Of a stretch of 64,000 nucleotides of DNA, positions 36,851 to 47,366 are shown piece after piece. The notes under the pieces were generated by a model. The model worked only from the letters and a program-made list of their open reading frames with translations, ran no database searches and was not told the origin of the DNA. How positions within the stretch are numbered: position 1 is the stretch's first letter; the number at the start of each line of letters is the position of its first letter. Made by a program: the position numbers and the translations under genes. The stretch is from Epithemia pelagica (Eukaryota; Protista; Bacillariophyta), in contig OX337241.1 in the NCBI GenBank assembly GCA_946965045.2, positions 1,240,001-1,304,000 of the forward strand. Reading direction: 5' to 3'.

Positions 36851-37532
36851 TTTGTGCTCGTTGCTGCACTTGTCCAACGTCTTCAATGGACTTGATGCGA
36901 ACCAAATAAGTTGGAAGACTGCAAAGATGGACGATGTACGATGTATTGGCAACCCGGTCACCTGGTAGTTACGCAGTTCTTGATGTAGCAGACCAAAGAT
37001 GGCTGGCACTCTGGCGGATCTTGTAAAGACTTACTAAGATTGACCTTGTGTCTTAGGTTGCGAAACGCACAAATCCATCATATACCCGCCACCCGCCTCG
37101 GAAAATGTGGCTCGTCAACGTCAACTTGATTGCAGGATCAACTTTTCCTTCCATCTTGGCTCTTGGCAAGACAGTGTCCCTACTTCCTGTTCTATACTCT
37201 CTTCCTACTCGCTCTTTTGGGAGTACACAGGCGTGACTGACCGCGCGAATGGTGCGACGTGCGACGCCAATTGCGCACGTGCGTTTTTAATACACGCTTT
37301 CCCTTCAGTCTTGTGTGCAAAAAGAGGGTATCATGTCATGATCAACCGGGGTAGTCTAACTTCCAATGGATAGACTCTGTTCTCTAGGCCTCCAAGGGGA
37401 CACGGCGTTGAAAGCAGTCACTCCTAAAGAGATAGAAATATACAAATATTGAATGACGGCGAAAGGACAGCCAGAATCAACTCCTCTTATTATTTATGAT
37501 TAGCATGCAAGCGCATCTTCTCTTTTGCACAT

Positions 37533-38736
37533 CTAGGCACCAATAGGCTCGGCCTTTTGAGCCGCAGCCTCATCCCAAAGACTCTGGAAGAGTGCCGTCG
37601 AGAGATAACGCTCTCCAAAGGATGGAATGACACAAACAATACGTTTACCGGCATTTTCCGGACGACTGGCAACTTGGGTGGCGGCCAAGACGGAAGCTCC
37701 ACTCGAGATACCGCAGAAGATACCTTCTTCCGTGGCCACTCGACGCGCCATGGCCATGGCATCTTCGCCCGAAATTTGAATGATTTCATCCAACAAGGAA
37801 GTTTCGCAATTGCCTGGCACAAATCCGGCTCCAATACCTTGAATCTTATGGGGACCTGGCTTGCCGCCAGACAGAACAGCCGATTCGACGGGCTCAATGG
37901 CAATCAACTTCAAATTGGGATTCAAGGGCTTGAGGTATTGGCCACATCCAGTCAAGGTTCCACCAGTTCCGACGCCACCAATCAAAATATCGACCTTACC
38001 TGTTGCGCAGAGTCGATATTAAAAATGCAGTTAGACGACCATGATGTTCGACATTGAATCACAAATAGCCACCACTTGTGGCAATCAACCATGAAGAACA
38101 CCCCAGGGGCAACACAAACTTACCATCAGTGTCGCGCCAGATCTCAGGGCCAGTCATTTCACGGTGAATCTTTGGGTTATCAGGGTTGTTGAACTGCTGC
38201 AAAAGCATGGCATCTGCACCCAAATCCTTGACGAGTTCTTCTGCCTTGGCAATGGCACCTCCCATACCCTTGGCAGCAGGCGTAAGAACAACTTCAGCTC
38301 CGAAAGCCTTGAGAAGCACTCGACGTTCCATAGACATGGATTCAGGCATGGTCAATTTCAAAGTGTATCCTCGAGCGGCGCATACCATGGCCAGACCGAT
38401 TCCGGTATTTCCTGAGGTAGGTTCGACCAAGGTGGTCTTTCCTGGGACGATATCCCCACGAGCTTCAGCTTCCAAAATCATGCTCATGGCAATACGGTCT
38501 TTGACGCTATTAGCAGGGTTCTGTGATTCCAACTTGGCGACAACCTCCGCCACACAGCCCTCGGTGACTCGATTCAACTTGACCAAGGGAGTATTGCCAA
38601 TCAAATCCAAAATGTCCGACGCAATGTTGTCTTGAAGAACCAACTTCGAGTTCTTTGAGGATGGTGCCACTGGAGCGAAAGCATTGCTGGCTGTAGCCAA
38701 GCATGAGAAGAGTGTCAACGTTAGACTTAGCTTCAT
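37533..38736 (-). CDS. cysK: Cysteine synthase (O-acetylserine thiol-lyase), plastid-targeted, 359 aa. Exons 38736-38124 and 37999-37533
   Basis: Signal peptide plus ASNAFAP motif; [18 protein letters not shown] (PLP Lys), [31 protein letters not shown]; the GT-AG intron restores the frame. Confidence 0.96.
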
Positions 38737-39329
38737 GGTCAGGACACAAGATACAAGATACTTTGAATTATGACGACTTGTGTGTGTGTGTGGAGGAGAG
38801 CGTATCTTTTTTCTTTTTACCACAACTGTGTCATGTCTCATGTCATGTACCATACCATGCGCGTTTCTGTACGCCGCAGAAAATGCCCAGGCACAATTGG
38901 CATCCTCCCCAGTTCTATTGGCGCGTATCTTTCATAATTCAATCTTATCATTGAGATGGCAAAGCCGATGAGGATTGTTCGCCAGACGGAAGGCGGGTCT
39001 TGGTCTTACTTGCAGGCCAGACCGTCGACCGCTTCCCCCCCCGAGTTCCGAGTGTTATTGCACTTCCGATATACACGACGTATTCCTCTATGATGACCTA
39101 CTCCTCTATATCTTGCTATTTTCGATGTGATAGGCTCAAAGGAGACCAGTGACCAGTGAGGAGCCCTCCTTGCAGAAAAGCAGGATACATGCATAGAAGA
39201 ATGGCCACTGATTTTAATATAATTCAACTAAAAGAAGAAAATCGATCGAGAACTTTATCTAAGAACATCATTCACCCATCGCATTCGTTTCATCGCCGTC
39301 AATGTTTGTCAGCTACTCCTAGTCAACTC

Positions 39330-40582
39330 CTACCAGAACTGATACCAGGGCTTGGTGGCAGGGAAGGGAACGCCAAGCTCCAACAGTTTTGCAAAGGCCT
39401 TTGCGAAATCAGTAGCGAAGCGATCTCCGTTCTTGGCATAGACTTCAACCCACTTTTTAAATTCAGGATCCGCAAGGAGGGCCATGTCACTAGGCAACAT
39501 CATGAGCTGCCCAGTGGCATCTTCATACTGATCGGGGCCAGTCCAAGGCTTGCCATTGTGAGTCAGTTTGGGAGACCAGCGTTCCTCCACCAAAAGGCGG
39601 AAGTACTCGTTGCTGAAGGTTGTTTCTGCATTTGTCCAAGGTCCCCTGTTGCGTTCACGATAAGAAGCAGATGATTGAGGTTTCGAGGTAACAGATCGAA
39701 AAAACATTGCGGCGTTGCAGTGTGCACACGTACCAGTATCCACTGCGGTCCGTGTAGCATCGGCCCATGGCATGAGCACCTGATAGGGCAACAATCTGCG
39801 ACAAAATAAGTTCAGAGAAGAGGAATTTAAGAACCAAATACGATGGACAAGACTCCATTAGGAAATGTGGCCATATCTGCGTACCTCTTGGTCATTAAAT
39901 CCCATGCGGTAAAAAATATCACGCAAATGCTGCACGGTATGGACACGTGATCCCATGTCTGCGTTGGGAAGAACATCTGTTTTGGGAGAGGTTTCACCTG
40001 TTTCGAAATCCCCACGTCCGGTGCGAAATGAAATAGTCGGCCCACCGGCTTCCTCAACGGCCACAACACCAGCATAGGTGTACAGATCGGCATAGGTCAT
40101 GGTTGGAAATTTCGCCTTGACTGGTTCCAAGACCGTTCGGGCAATGTTCAAACCAGCATTATTCCCATAAGAGGCTTCGGGATTAAATCGTTGACGGGCT
40201 CCGTTGGATCCACCCGAATTGTCCTTGGCACTGTAAGTACCACTGCAATGCCACGCCAAACGAATAAAGGTCCCCGCCAAGCTCGAGCCGTCACCCCTCT
40301 TTTCAGCATCGGCATCAATCACGTCCAGAATAGCTTGTCGGACTTTTTTCAAATCGACGGCAGCAGACGACCCGTCGTCTTTGGCGTGAACCACCTGGAA
40401 ATCTTGCGCATAGTAGTTCACAGCAACCCCCGTGGCGGCAAGGGGCACCAAGGTTTGCTACACGTGTGGAAAGTGGTGAAATGGACATATGGTAAGAAGT
40501 CAAACTGGAACCAGGCTCGTCAACTGGATTAAAAGTGGGATGGACAACATATGTTTACCATAGGAGGAACATCCATTGCCAT
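39330..40582 (-). CDS. Class I heme peroxidase (cytochrome c/ascorbate peroxidase-like), ~324 aa. Exons 40582-40559 (tentative), 40457-39885, 39795-39734, 39645-39330
   Basis: Distal IRLAWH, proximal [27 protein letters not shown]; all introns GT-AG and the spliced length is 975 nt. The first micro-exon is less certain. Confidence 0.92.
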
Positions 40583-41132
40583 CCATTGCTCCTCTCACTC
40601 AGACGAAAACGAGAAATGTATGGGTTCAACGTACCAATCCTCGAATCGATGCGGTGTGACGGAACGCGCTGAACATGGTGAATGATACAAGTAGCTCTCT
40701 CTATTCACGATGATGAGAACCAAGATGGTTTGTTGACAGTTGACAACGTATCTTGAGAATCTTTTCCTGGGATTGGGATAGATCTTGTTGATCAGGAGAT
40801 AATACTACATACCTACAGATAATATATATAGTAAAAAGTGCTGTATGTTTATAAGTACTCCTGTATATTCGTGACTCCTTCATCATCGAATCATACAAGC
40901 ATTGAGTTCAGGGAGTGTGTTCCTGTCGTAGACTCCTGTATAATTAGTACTAGAAGCACAATCCTCGATAGCGTTTTGCGTTATTAGTGTCCGACTCGCG
41001 ACTTCCCAGTGGCTTTAATAAGTATTTTATTACCTGTAATGCTATGTGTGACTTCTTCCGAACGCTAGAATTTCGTCAAAAATGACGAAAAAACGGTTGA
41101 TTGTTGACCATGGTGGAGGGCCATCCCGACCT

Positions 41133-41214
41133 GTTGAACTGTTGCCGAGTTGCATCCAGCTCCCTTAGGCCTTAGGGTGTTGTTGGACCACCACCAATGG
41201 GGCAACAGTTCAAC
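41133..41214. repeat. 14-bp perfect inverted repeat around a TTA-GGCC-TTA core
   Basis: GTTGAACTGTTGCC (41133-41146) and GGCAACAGTTCAAC (41201-41214). Confidence 0.7.
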
Positions 41215-41806
41215 GCATCGGCATCATCCTCAATAACATGATCATCGGACCCCGCCCACACACGATAGTCTCGTACAAAACGAAGTTTTTCTGGGAGAAC
41301 GCGAGATTGTCGAGTTTCGGAAGCACTTTTCACATGAGAGGCATAATTAGAAGGGCTTTATTCATAAGATGGCTGGCGTGATTTACGTAGATTTCCTACT
41401 GGAGCGCTACGACAGGAACATTCTGTCTGAACTCAGCTTGTAGGAGGGAGGAGGGTAGCTAGGAGTACCTAGGAGTAGTAAGGCTATCTCCACCCGGGGC
41501 CGCTAAAGGTCCAAAAACCGCTATTGAACTCCACGACGTCCTCTAACCGCTAAACGTAATGTGCTAAAGCTAAGATGGTGGCGACGACTGACAAGTCAGT
41601 CACAAGTTCTACCGACGCATACCTACACGACAAGCTTGCTGATTGAACTGAATCCAAGTGCGTATGAGGCAATCAATAATGACTCTGGATTTGAGGTGCA
41701 AGAGGCAAGCTCATCGGTCACACTGTCTTCAGACTGATCGTTTCAAGAAGGTGCTCTTCCCTGCAGGTCTAGCATCCATTGACTGTGTATCGTTCTGAGT
41801 TTACGG

Positions 41807-42597
41807 TTGAAGAGACTGATGCTGGGGAATCCTACGAAACGCGACAACGTATTTAGATGGTATCGAGTGGTGTTAAATCTACCAGGCACCAAGTCCTATC
41901 GTCCGGGAGAGCCCTGGATTTCAAAACGGAGACAGAACGGGGTGTTGGCTGCGGATGCTCACGCTTATGTAGACGACCTGCGGGGGACTGGCCCCACGTC
42001 TCATGATGCATGGCAAATAAGCTCTGTTATCGCGAAAACTGCGTCGTTTTATGGGGTTCAAGACGCGGCTAGGAAACGACGTGAACAGACTCAGCGCCCT
42101 GGTGTGTGGGCCGGAGTTGTTTGCGGCACAGCACCCGACAGACCATTCATTTCTGTCACCTGGGAGAAAACGAAGCGAGAAGTAGCAAGATTGATAAAAC
42201 CGGCTACCTGCTCTAGCACCTTGCGTTGGGCAGAGCATACCCAACTCTGTTGTTGTATCTCAACGGGGTGTATGCCACAATTAACATTTGGCGCCCTGGA
42301 AGAGATGAAGATGGTTGGCGAGTGAACTTGGATTCTGACAATTTAAGAAACATTGGAGACGAACAGAATGCTCCAGACAGAGTTCGCTTGGTGGATCGAA
42401 TGACTTTCGACGTATCAGCGATGGAAGAGCTGACCCAGGCGGACCACCCACCCGAGAGATTTCTGCGACCAGAGAAGGACACGTCGCAAGTCCGCTATTA
42501 TTTCGGTGATGCCTCGGGCGCAGGTTTCGGTATGTCGGGCTGGTCGCCAGGAGACGAAGAAATAGAAGTTGACTTTGGTGCATGGGAAGCTTCAGCC
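41807..42597 (+). pseudogene. DIRS-like reverse transcriptase fragment (5'-truncated, frameshifted) and RNase H N-terminus
   Basis: VLNLPG...AHAYVDDLRG...GVQDAARKRR...WAG; frame change near 42200; AYPTLLLYLNGVY...WRPGRDEDGW; YFGDASGAGFG. Confidence 0.8.
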
Positions 42598-43381
42598 TGT
42601 TAGAATTCTCACCGTCTATGGTGGTTAGATTCTACATCTCATCGATTCCCCATGTCACATAGCCTCGTGCTATCGCATCATGCCATCTAGCTTCGAGCTA
42701 TGTTCCCTAGCTTCGCGCTATATCGACCTAGATTTCTTCGTAAATCATGAAAAGTGAGAATAGATTGACGAACTCACTCTCAAGACTAAACTGGGTCGTG
42801 CGGTATTACAACGGACGTAAATTTGGCCGTTGCTCGGACACTATACGAACGCCCTAAGCGTACGCGCCCGAAATCATCGAGCGCGCCCAAGCGACATCCG
42901 AGCGCTGTCGGCATCTATCCGACCCAACGGTCTAAGTATCCCAAGCACGACACACGATCACGCGAGACCATATTTCCATTCCCACAATCTCCAAATTGTC
43001 AACAAGCTGCGCGCCATGAAAACAACTATGCCAATCCAAAGCAAGAGCTGTTGACCCTGTATATGTTATCCGTCCACATATACATGTCATATACATCACA
43101 TGAATCGACTCCAATTATTCCAAACCTGTTGCCGCCAAGAACCTATGACACATGACCCTTGGCAGGACCGAACATTTCACGTAGACCTATCGTAGTAATC
43201 AACACACAATCTAACAATATCACCATTTATCACATCCTCTTTTGTGTCCCGACTATCCTTTTGATAGACTACGACTTGCTTTCCTCTCTTACCCGTGGAG
43301 AGGTTTGTATCGGTTGGTGACTACCTGATTGTCTGCTCTACCGAGCATCAACGCCACTGCAATTCCAAGAGAATTGTAACA
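42598..43381 (+). mobile_element. Solo LTR (784 bp) of the Copia-2 family inserted in the DIRS RNase H
   Basis: TGTTAGAATTC...TTGTAACA, homologous to 46584-47366 reversed; TSD CAGCC at 42593-42597 and 43382-43386; removing it restores WEASA-MQGSSSNFREL in frame. Confidence 0.95.
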
Positions 43382-43386
43382 CAGCC

Positions 43387-44286
43387 ATGCAAGGGTCATC
43401 CTCCAACTTCCGTGAATTAGCGAACATTGTCATGAAGATTGAGGATCTGGACCAAGAAGGCAGAGTCAACGCCAAGACGGAATTCTTCATATTTACTGAC
43501 AACGTGCATGCTGAAGCGGCATTCTACCGAGGCTCTGCGAAGTCTCCCGAGGTGCTGCATCTCATGTTCCGGTTACACAAGATATTGATGAAAGGGGTCG
43601 CGTTCATTCATGTTGTGTGGGTCACCGGTAAGCGCATGATCGCGCAAGGGAGTGACGGTCTTTCTCGGTCCGACCTCACTAGCGGGGTCTTACGCGGGTC
43701 TAATATGTTGGACTACGTCCCTCTCCACCTCACTGCGGGAGAAAGACAGCCCGCGAGAATTCAACGCTTGTTGGGAGATGTACTTGGACCCCGGCTCAAG
43801 GAGGTAGTCCTTATGGAGCCCGAGCAGTGGTTTACTGCACCCCAAGACACCAATGGGGTATTCGTTTGGCAGCCACCTCCTTGTCTGGCTGATGTTGCAA
43901 TCTACATGCTCAGCGAGGCATGGCACATACGGCCTTGGAATGTACATGTCGTATTGATACCTTCGCTAATGAGCGGCAAATGGCGAAAGATGCTTTTCAA
44001 GATTTCGGACGTGATTTGTGTTTTACCGTTTGGCGATGAGTGGTGGCCGCGAGATCAGGAGTTCGAACCTCTCACTCTCGCGTTTATCTTTCCATTGTTG
44101 AACAGAACTCCGTGGCGAGTTAAATTCGAGTCACTTTTTTGCAACCAAGGACATAGTTTGCGCACGTTGCACAGGCAACCTGTCCCATTCGCGAGGAATT
44201 ATCTGCGCGAACTATGGTCATCCGCGTGGGCACTGGAGGGCGTGTCGTTCGGCCTTCCATCCCCATTGTTACACCGTGGGATGTGA
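43387..44286 (+). CDS. DIRS-like RNase H C-terminal half plus DNA adenine methyltransferase-like (MT) domain
   Basis: SSNFRELAN, FIFTDN, HVVWVTGKRMIAQGSDGLSR (RNase H); WF...FVWQPPPCLA...VVLIPSLMSGKWRKML resembles the DIRS1 MT pattern. Confidence 0.72.
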   Translation: MQGSSSNFRELANIVMKIEDLDQEGRVNAKTEFFIFTDNVHAEAAFYRGSAKSPEVLHLMFRLHKILMKGVAFIHVVWVTGKRMIAQGSDGLSRSDLTSGVLRGSNMLDYVPLHLTAGERQPARIQRLLGDVLGPRLKEVVLMEPEQWFTAPQDTNGVFVWQPPPCLADVAIYMLSEAWHIRPWNVHVVLIPSLMSGKWRKMLFKISDVICVLPFGDEWWPRDQEFEPLTLAFIFPLLNRTPWRVKFESLFCNQGHSLRTLHRQPVPFARNYLRELWSSAWALEGVSFGLPSPLLHRGM

Positions 44287-45691
44287 ACCGGATCCGTTTC
44301 CAAGAGATCTTCAACCCAAGCGAACTGAGTTCAATGAAAACGGCGAGCTGGTCGAAGAAGCGAGGGGATGGGAAACGACGGACAAAGAAAAGAAGGACAT
44401 GGCTGGTTGGTTCACATGTGCACGCGCTGGGGATCACTTGATGACGACGTTCCAGTGCACCCTATGTCACTTTCGGAACATCTACAAGAGGGACCCAGAC
44501 ATATCGTCTCGAGAGGACGATTGGGCAATGAAGTGTATTACAAGAGCGAATCTCGACGCGTTCTGGGCACGGAGGTCCAGTACTGTACGAAGCAATTTGA
44601 TGGAAGTCTCTCGGGTGATGAGGATTCTTAAGGACCTACGAATCGAGAATCCGTGTCCCAACAACCCTCGAGGACCCGTTCCGTTGAAGGACACTGTTGG
44701 GATGGCGGTAGCCATGATATCTCTACAACGCTCATTGGACAAGGGCAAAAATTCAACCACCATCCAATGGGACACTATGCGTGGGATTCGATCGAGTTTA
44801 AGCAATTTGGTCCATACCACACCCTCTGGATCTGAGGGGTCTATTCTATCAGATGGTCGTCGATCCACTCACATTACTACAAGTCCCACTAACTCCTTGT
44901 GGCTCAAGAGATTCATGATTGGCTGCCACGAACGCATGGGAGACGTGAAGATTCAAGATGTCACAGTCTCGATTGAGTTACTCCTCGCTCTCCAGACGTT
45001 GTTGGAACAAGGATGGCGGCTGGAGGGTGAGAGGTCTCCAGGCTTTTCAAAAAGAAAGTTTGAAACGGCGCTTTTGGGTGCAGTGTTGACTCTGGGTTTC
45101 TCGTCCGGCCTAAGAGGAGAAGAGTTAGGTCACATTCGATTGAGCGAATCAAGACTGTGTACAGAACTTGGCCTAAAGCACCCAACCAAGGCTCACGTGG
45201 TGCTGGCATTACAAGGCCGATTTAAAAATACAGCTGTGTATCGGCGTCACAAGATTCCTCTTGTGCTAGTAACCAAATCAGGAATAAGGAATGCAGATTG
45301 GATGATTCGACTTTTGGATCTCTACTCAGTTGTGGGAATTGAAGAGGGGCCGCTTATCCGAATGGATCCTCGTCATGACCAAGCGGCAAGCATTTGTGAA
45401 ATTGACATATTGTGGCATAAGAGGCTGCATATGTTACAGGTGGTGCATCCCTCCCTGATACCAGACTTGTCGGAAACTGGGGCGACCTTCAGTGTCCGGC
45501 GCTCACTGAGAAGAGGCTCAACCACCCAAGCGAGGAATCAAAAGGTTCCAAAGGATGTGGTGAAGCTGAACAACAGATGGAGATCGGAAGATCAGGCTGG
45601 GAATCGGGTTGCTCAATCAGAGATGATAGAAGTATACACCGACGTCGTGGCGGCCTTAGGTACACTTTTGCAGTACTCAGAGGCTCTGTGA
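44102..45691 (+). CDS. Tyrosine recombinase of the DIRS-like element; frame open from 44102 and overlapping pol
   Basis: GLRGEEL (box I Arg), RRSLRRGSTT, NNRWRS, MIEVYTD (Tyr nucleophile); Cys/His-rich N-terminus (CANYGH..W..CRSAFHPHCY; FQCTLCHF); start codon unclear. Confidence 0.85.
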   Translation, partial: TELRGELNSSHFFATKDIVCARCTGNLSHSRGIICANYGHPRGHWRACRSAFHPHCYTVGCEPDPFPRDLQPKRTEFNENGELVEEARGWETTDKEKKDMAGWFTCARAGDHLMTTFQCTLCHFRNIYKRDPDISSREDDWAMKCITRANLDAFWARRSSTVRSNLMEVSRVMRILKDLRIENPCPNNPRGPVPLKDTVGMAVAMISLQRSLDKGKNSTTIQWDTMRGIRSSLSNLVHTTPSGSEGSILSDGRRSTHITTSPTNSLWLKRFMIGCHERMGDVKIQDVTVSIELLLALQTLLEQGWRLEGERSPGFSKRKFETALLGAVLTLGFSSGLRGEELGHIRLSESRLCTELGLKHPTKAHVVLALQGRFKNTAVYRRHKIPLVLVTKSGIRNADWMIRLLDLYSVVGIEEGPLIRMDPRHDQAASICEIDILWHKRLHMLQVVHPSLIPDLSETGATFSVRRSLRRGSTTQARNQKVPKDVVKLNNRWRSEDQAGNRVAQSEMIEVYTDVVAALGTLLQYSEAL

Positions 45692-46210
45692 AAAGAAAAA
45701 TCTTCGAGATGAGAGCAAGCTGACAGATTGCTTTTGGATATTCATCCAGAGAAGTGGACAAGGTGGGGGATAAGGATAAGCCATCGCAAACATGGTTTGT
45801 TCGTCGTTTGAGATTTGGCTGTTGGACATTGAAAGCTGAGAACGTGTTCGAACTTCAAAGGGATCTCACAGTGGCATGTGACGATTTCAATGAATGGCAT
45901 CTAGCGGTGGTTCGCCCCGCGTGCCGACTCGCTTTGGCGAGGGTTCCGGACTGTTCATCCGGTGGACGAGTCTACGGTCAATGAAGGCGTGTCGTGACAC
46001 TTGACAGTGGTCTGGCATGCGTCGATCCCAAAGAGCAGTACATTTATTTGATGTCTGCTTTACTCCTGTGGGTTGGAGTTCCCCTATCGATAATGTACGT
46101 AGACAGTACTATACGTGCAACTGCAAACCCTTTCCCGTTCTCTGGTGGTGACCATGCCAACGTGTAGGCAGCGAAGTAAACGGTGACTCGCGCGGATGTA
46201 CGAGATACCA

Positions 46211-46279
46211 GCTCCGCTATCCGCTATTTTTGCCGCTATTCGGGGCCCCAAATAGCGTCAAAATAGCGGATAGCGGAGC
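46211..46279. repeat. GC-rich hairpin in the right subterminal region of TIR element A
   Basis: Perfect 20-bp arms GCTCCGCTATCCGCTATTTT (46211-46230) and AAAATAGCGGATAGCGGAGC (46260-46279), with further inner pairing. Confidence 0.9.
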
Positions 46280-46583
46280 AATCGCTAACCGTCGGCATAA
46301 ATGAAATAACGCATGATGCCAACAGTGTGTTTTTTGAATCTCTCGCGTGACGACGTTGTTTGATTCCGCAACTTCCGCGCCCGCCACCCTTTTTTAACCG
46401 AATCAACAGAGGGCATATGCGTAATGCGTACGACCTACGCGCGGTATATAGAGATAGTGGCAAGAATAGCGGAGATCGTGTGGAGTTTATTTTCCCTTGG
46501 CTCCGCTAATCCGCTATCCGGATAGCGAGGCCAATCAGAAAGCCCCGATACGTCAGCATAGCGGCGCTCGGGTGGAGATAGCC

Positions 46584-47366
46584 TGTTACAATTCTTTCTG
46601 AATCGTAGGGACATTGATGCTCGGTAGAGCAGACAATCAGGTAGGTCACCAACCGATACAAGCTTCTCAGGGTCAGAGAAGCAAGCAAGTCGAAGTCTAT
46701 CAGAAGGATAGTCGGGACACAAAAGAGGATGTGATAAATGGTGATATTGTTAGATTGTGTGTTGATTACTACGATAGGTCTACGTGAAATGTTCGGTCCT
46801 GCCAAGGGTCATGTATCATAGGTTCTTGGCGGCAACAGGTTTGGAATAGTTGGAGTTGATTCATGTGATGTATATGACATGTATATGTGGGCGGATAACA
46901 TATACAGGGTCAACAGCTCTTGCTTTGGGTTGGCATAGTTGTTTTCATGGCGCGCAGCTTGTTGACAATTTGGAGATTGTGGGAATGGAAATATGGTCTC
47001 GCGTGATCGTGTGTCGTGCTTGGGATACTTAGACCGTTGGATCGGATAGATGCCGATAGCGCTCGGATGTCGCTTGGGCGCGCTCGATGATTTCGGGCGC
47101 GTACGCTTAGGGCGTTAGTACAGTGTCCGAGCAACGGCCAAATTTACGTCCGTTGTAATACCGCACGACCCAATTTAGTCTTGAGAGTGAGTTCGTCAAT
47201 CTATTCTCACTTTTCATGATTTGCGAAGAAATATAGGTCGATATAGCGCGAAGCTAGGAAACATAGCTCGAAGCTAGAGGGCATGATGCGATAGCACGAG
47301 GCTATGTGACATGGGGAATCGATGAGATGTAGAATTTAACCACCATAGACGGTGAGAATTCTAACA
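46584..47366 (-). repeat. 3' LTR of Copia-2
   Basis: TGTTAG...GTAACA on the minus strand; the gag-pol stop TAG lies in its first 6 nt. Confidence 0.96.

Noticed and set aside
42823-43155. 60-110-aa ORFs repeated in all three Copia-2-family LTRs
   Set aside because: They recur only because the LTR is repeated; ends differ between subfamilies and there are no protein-like motifs
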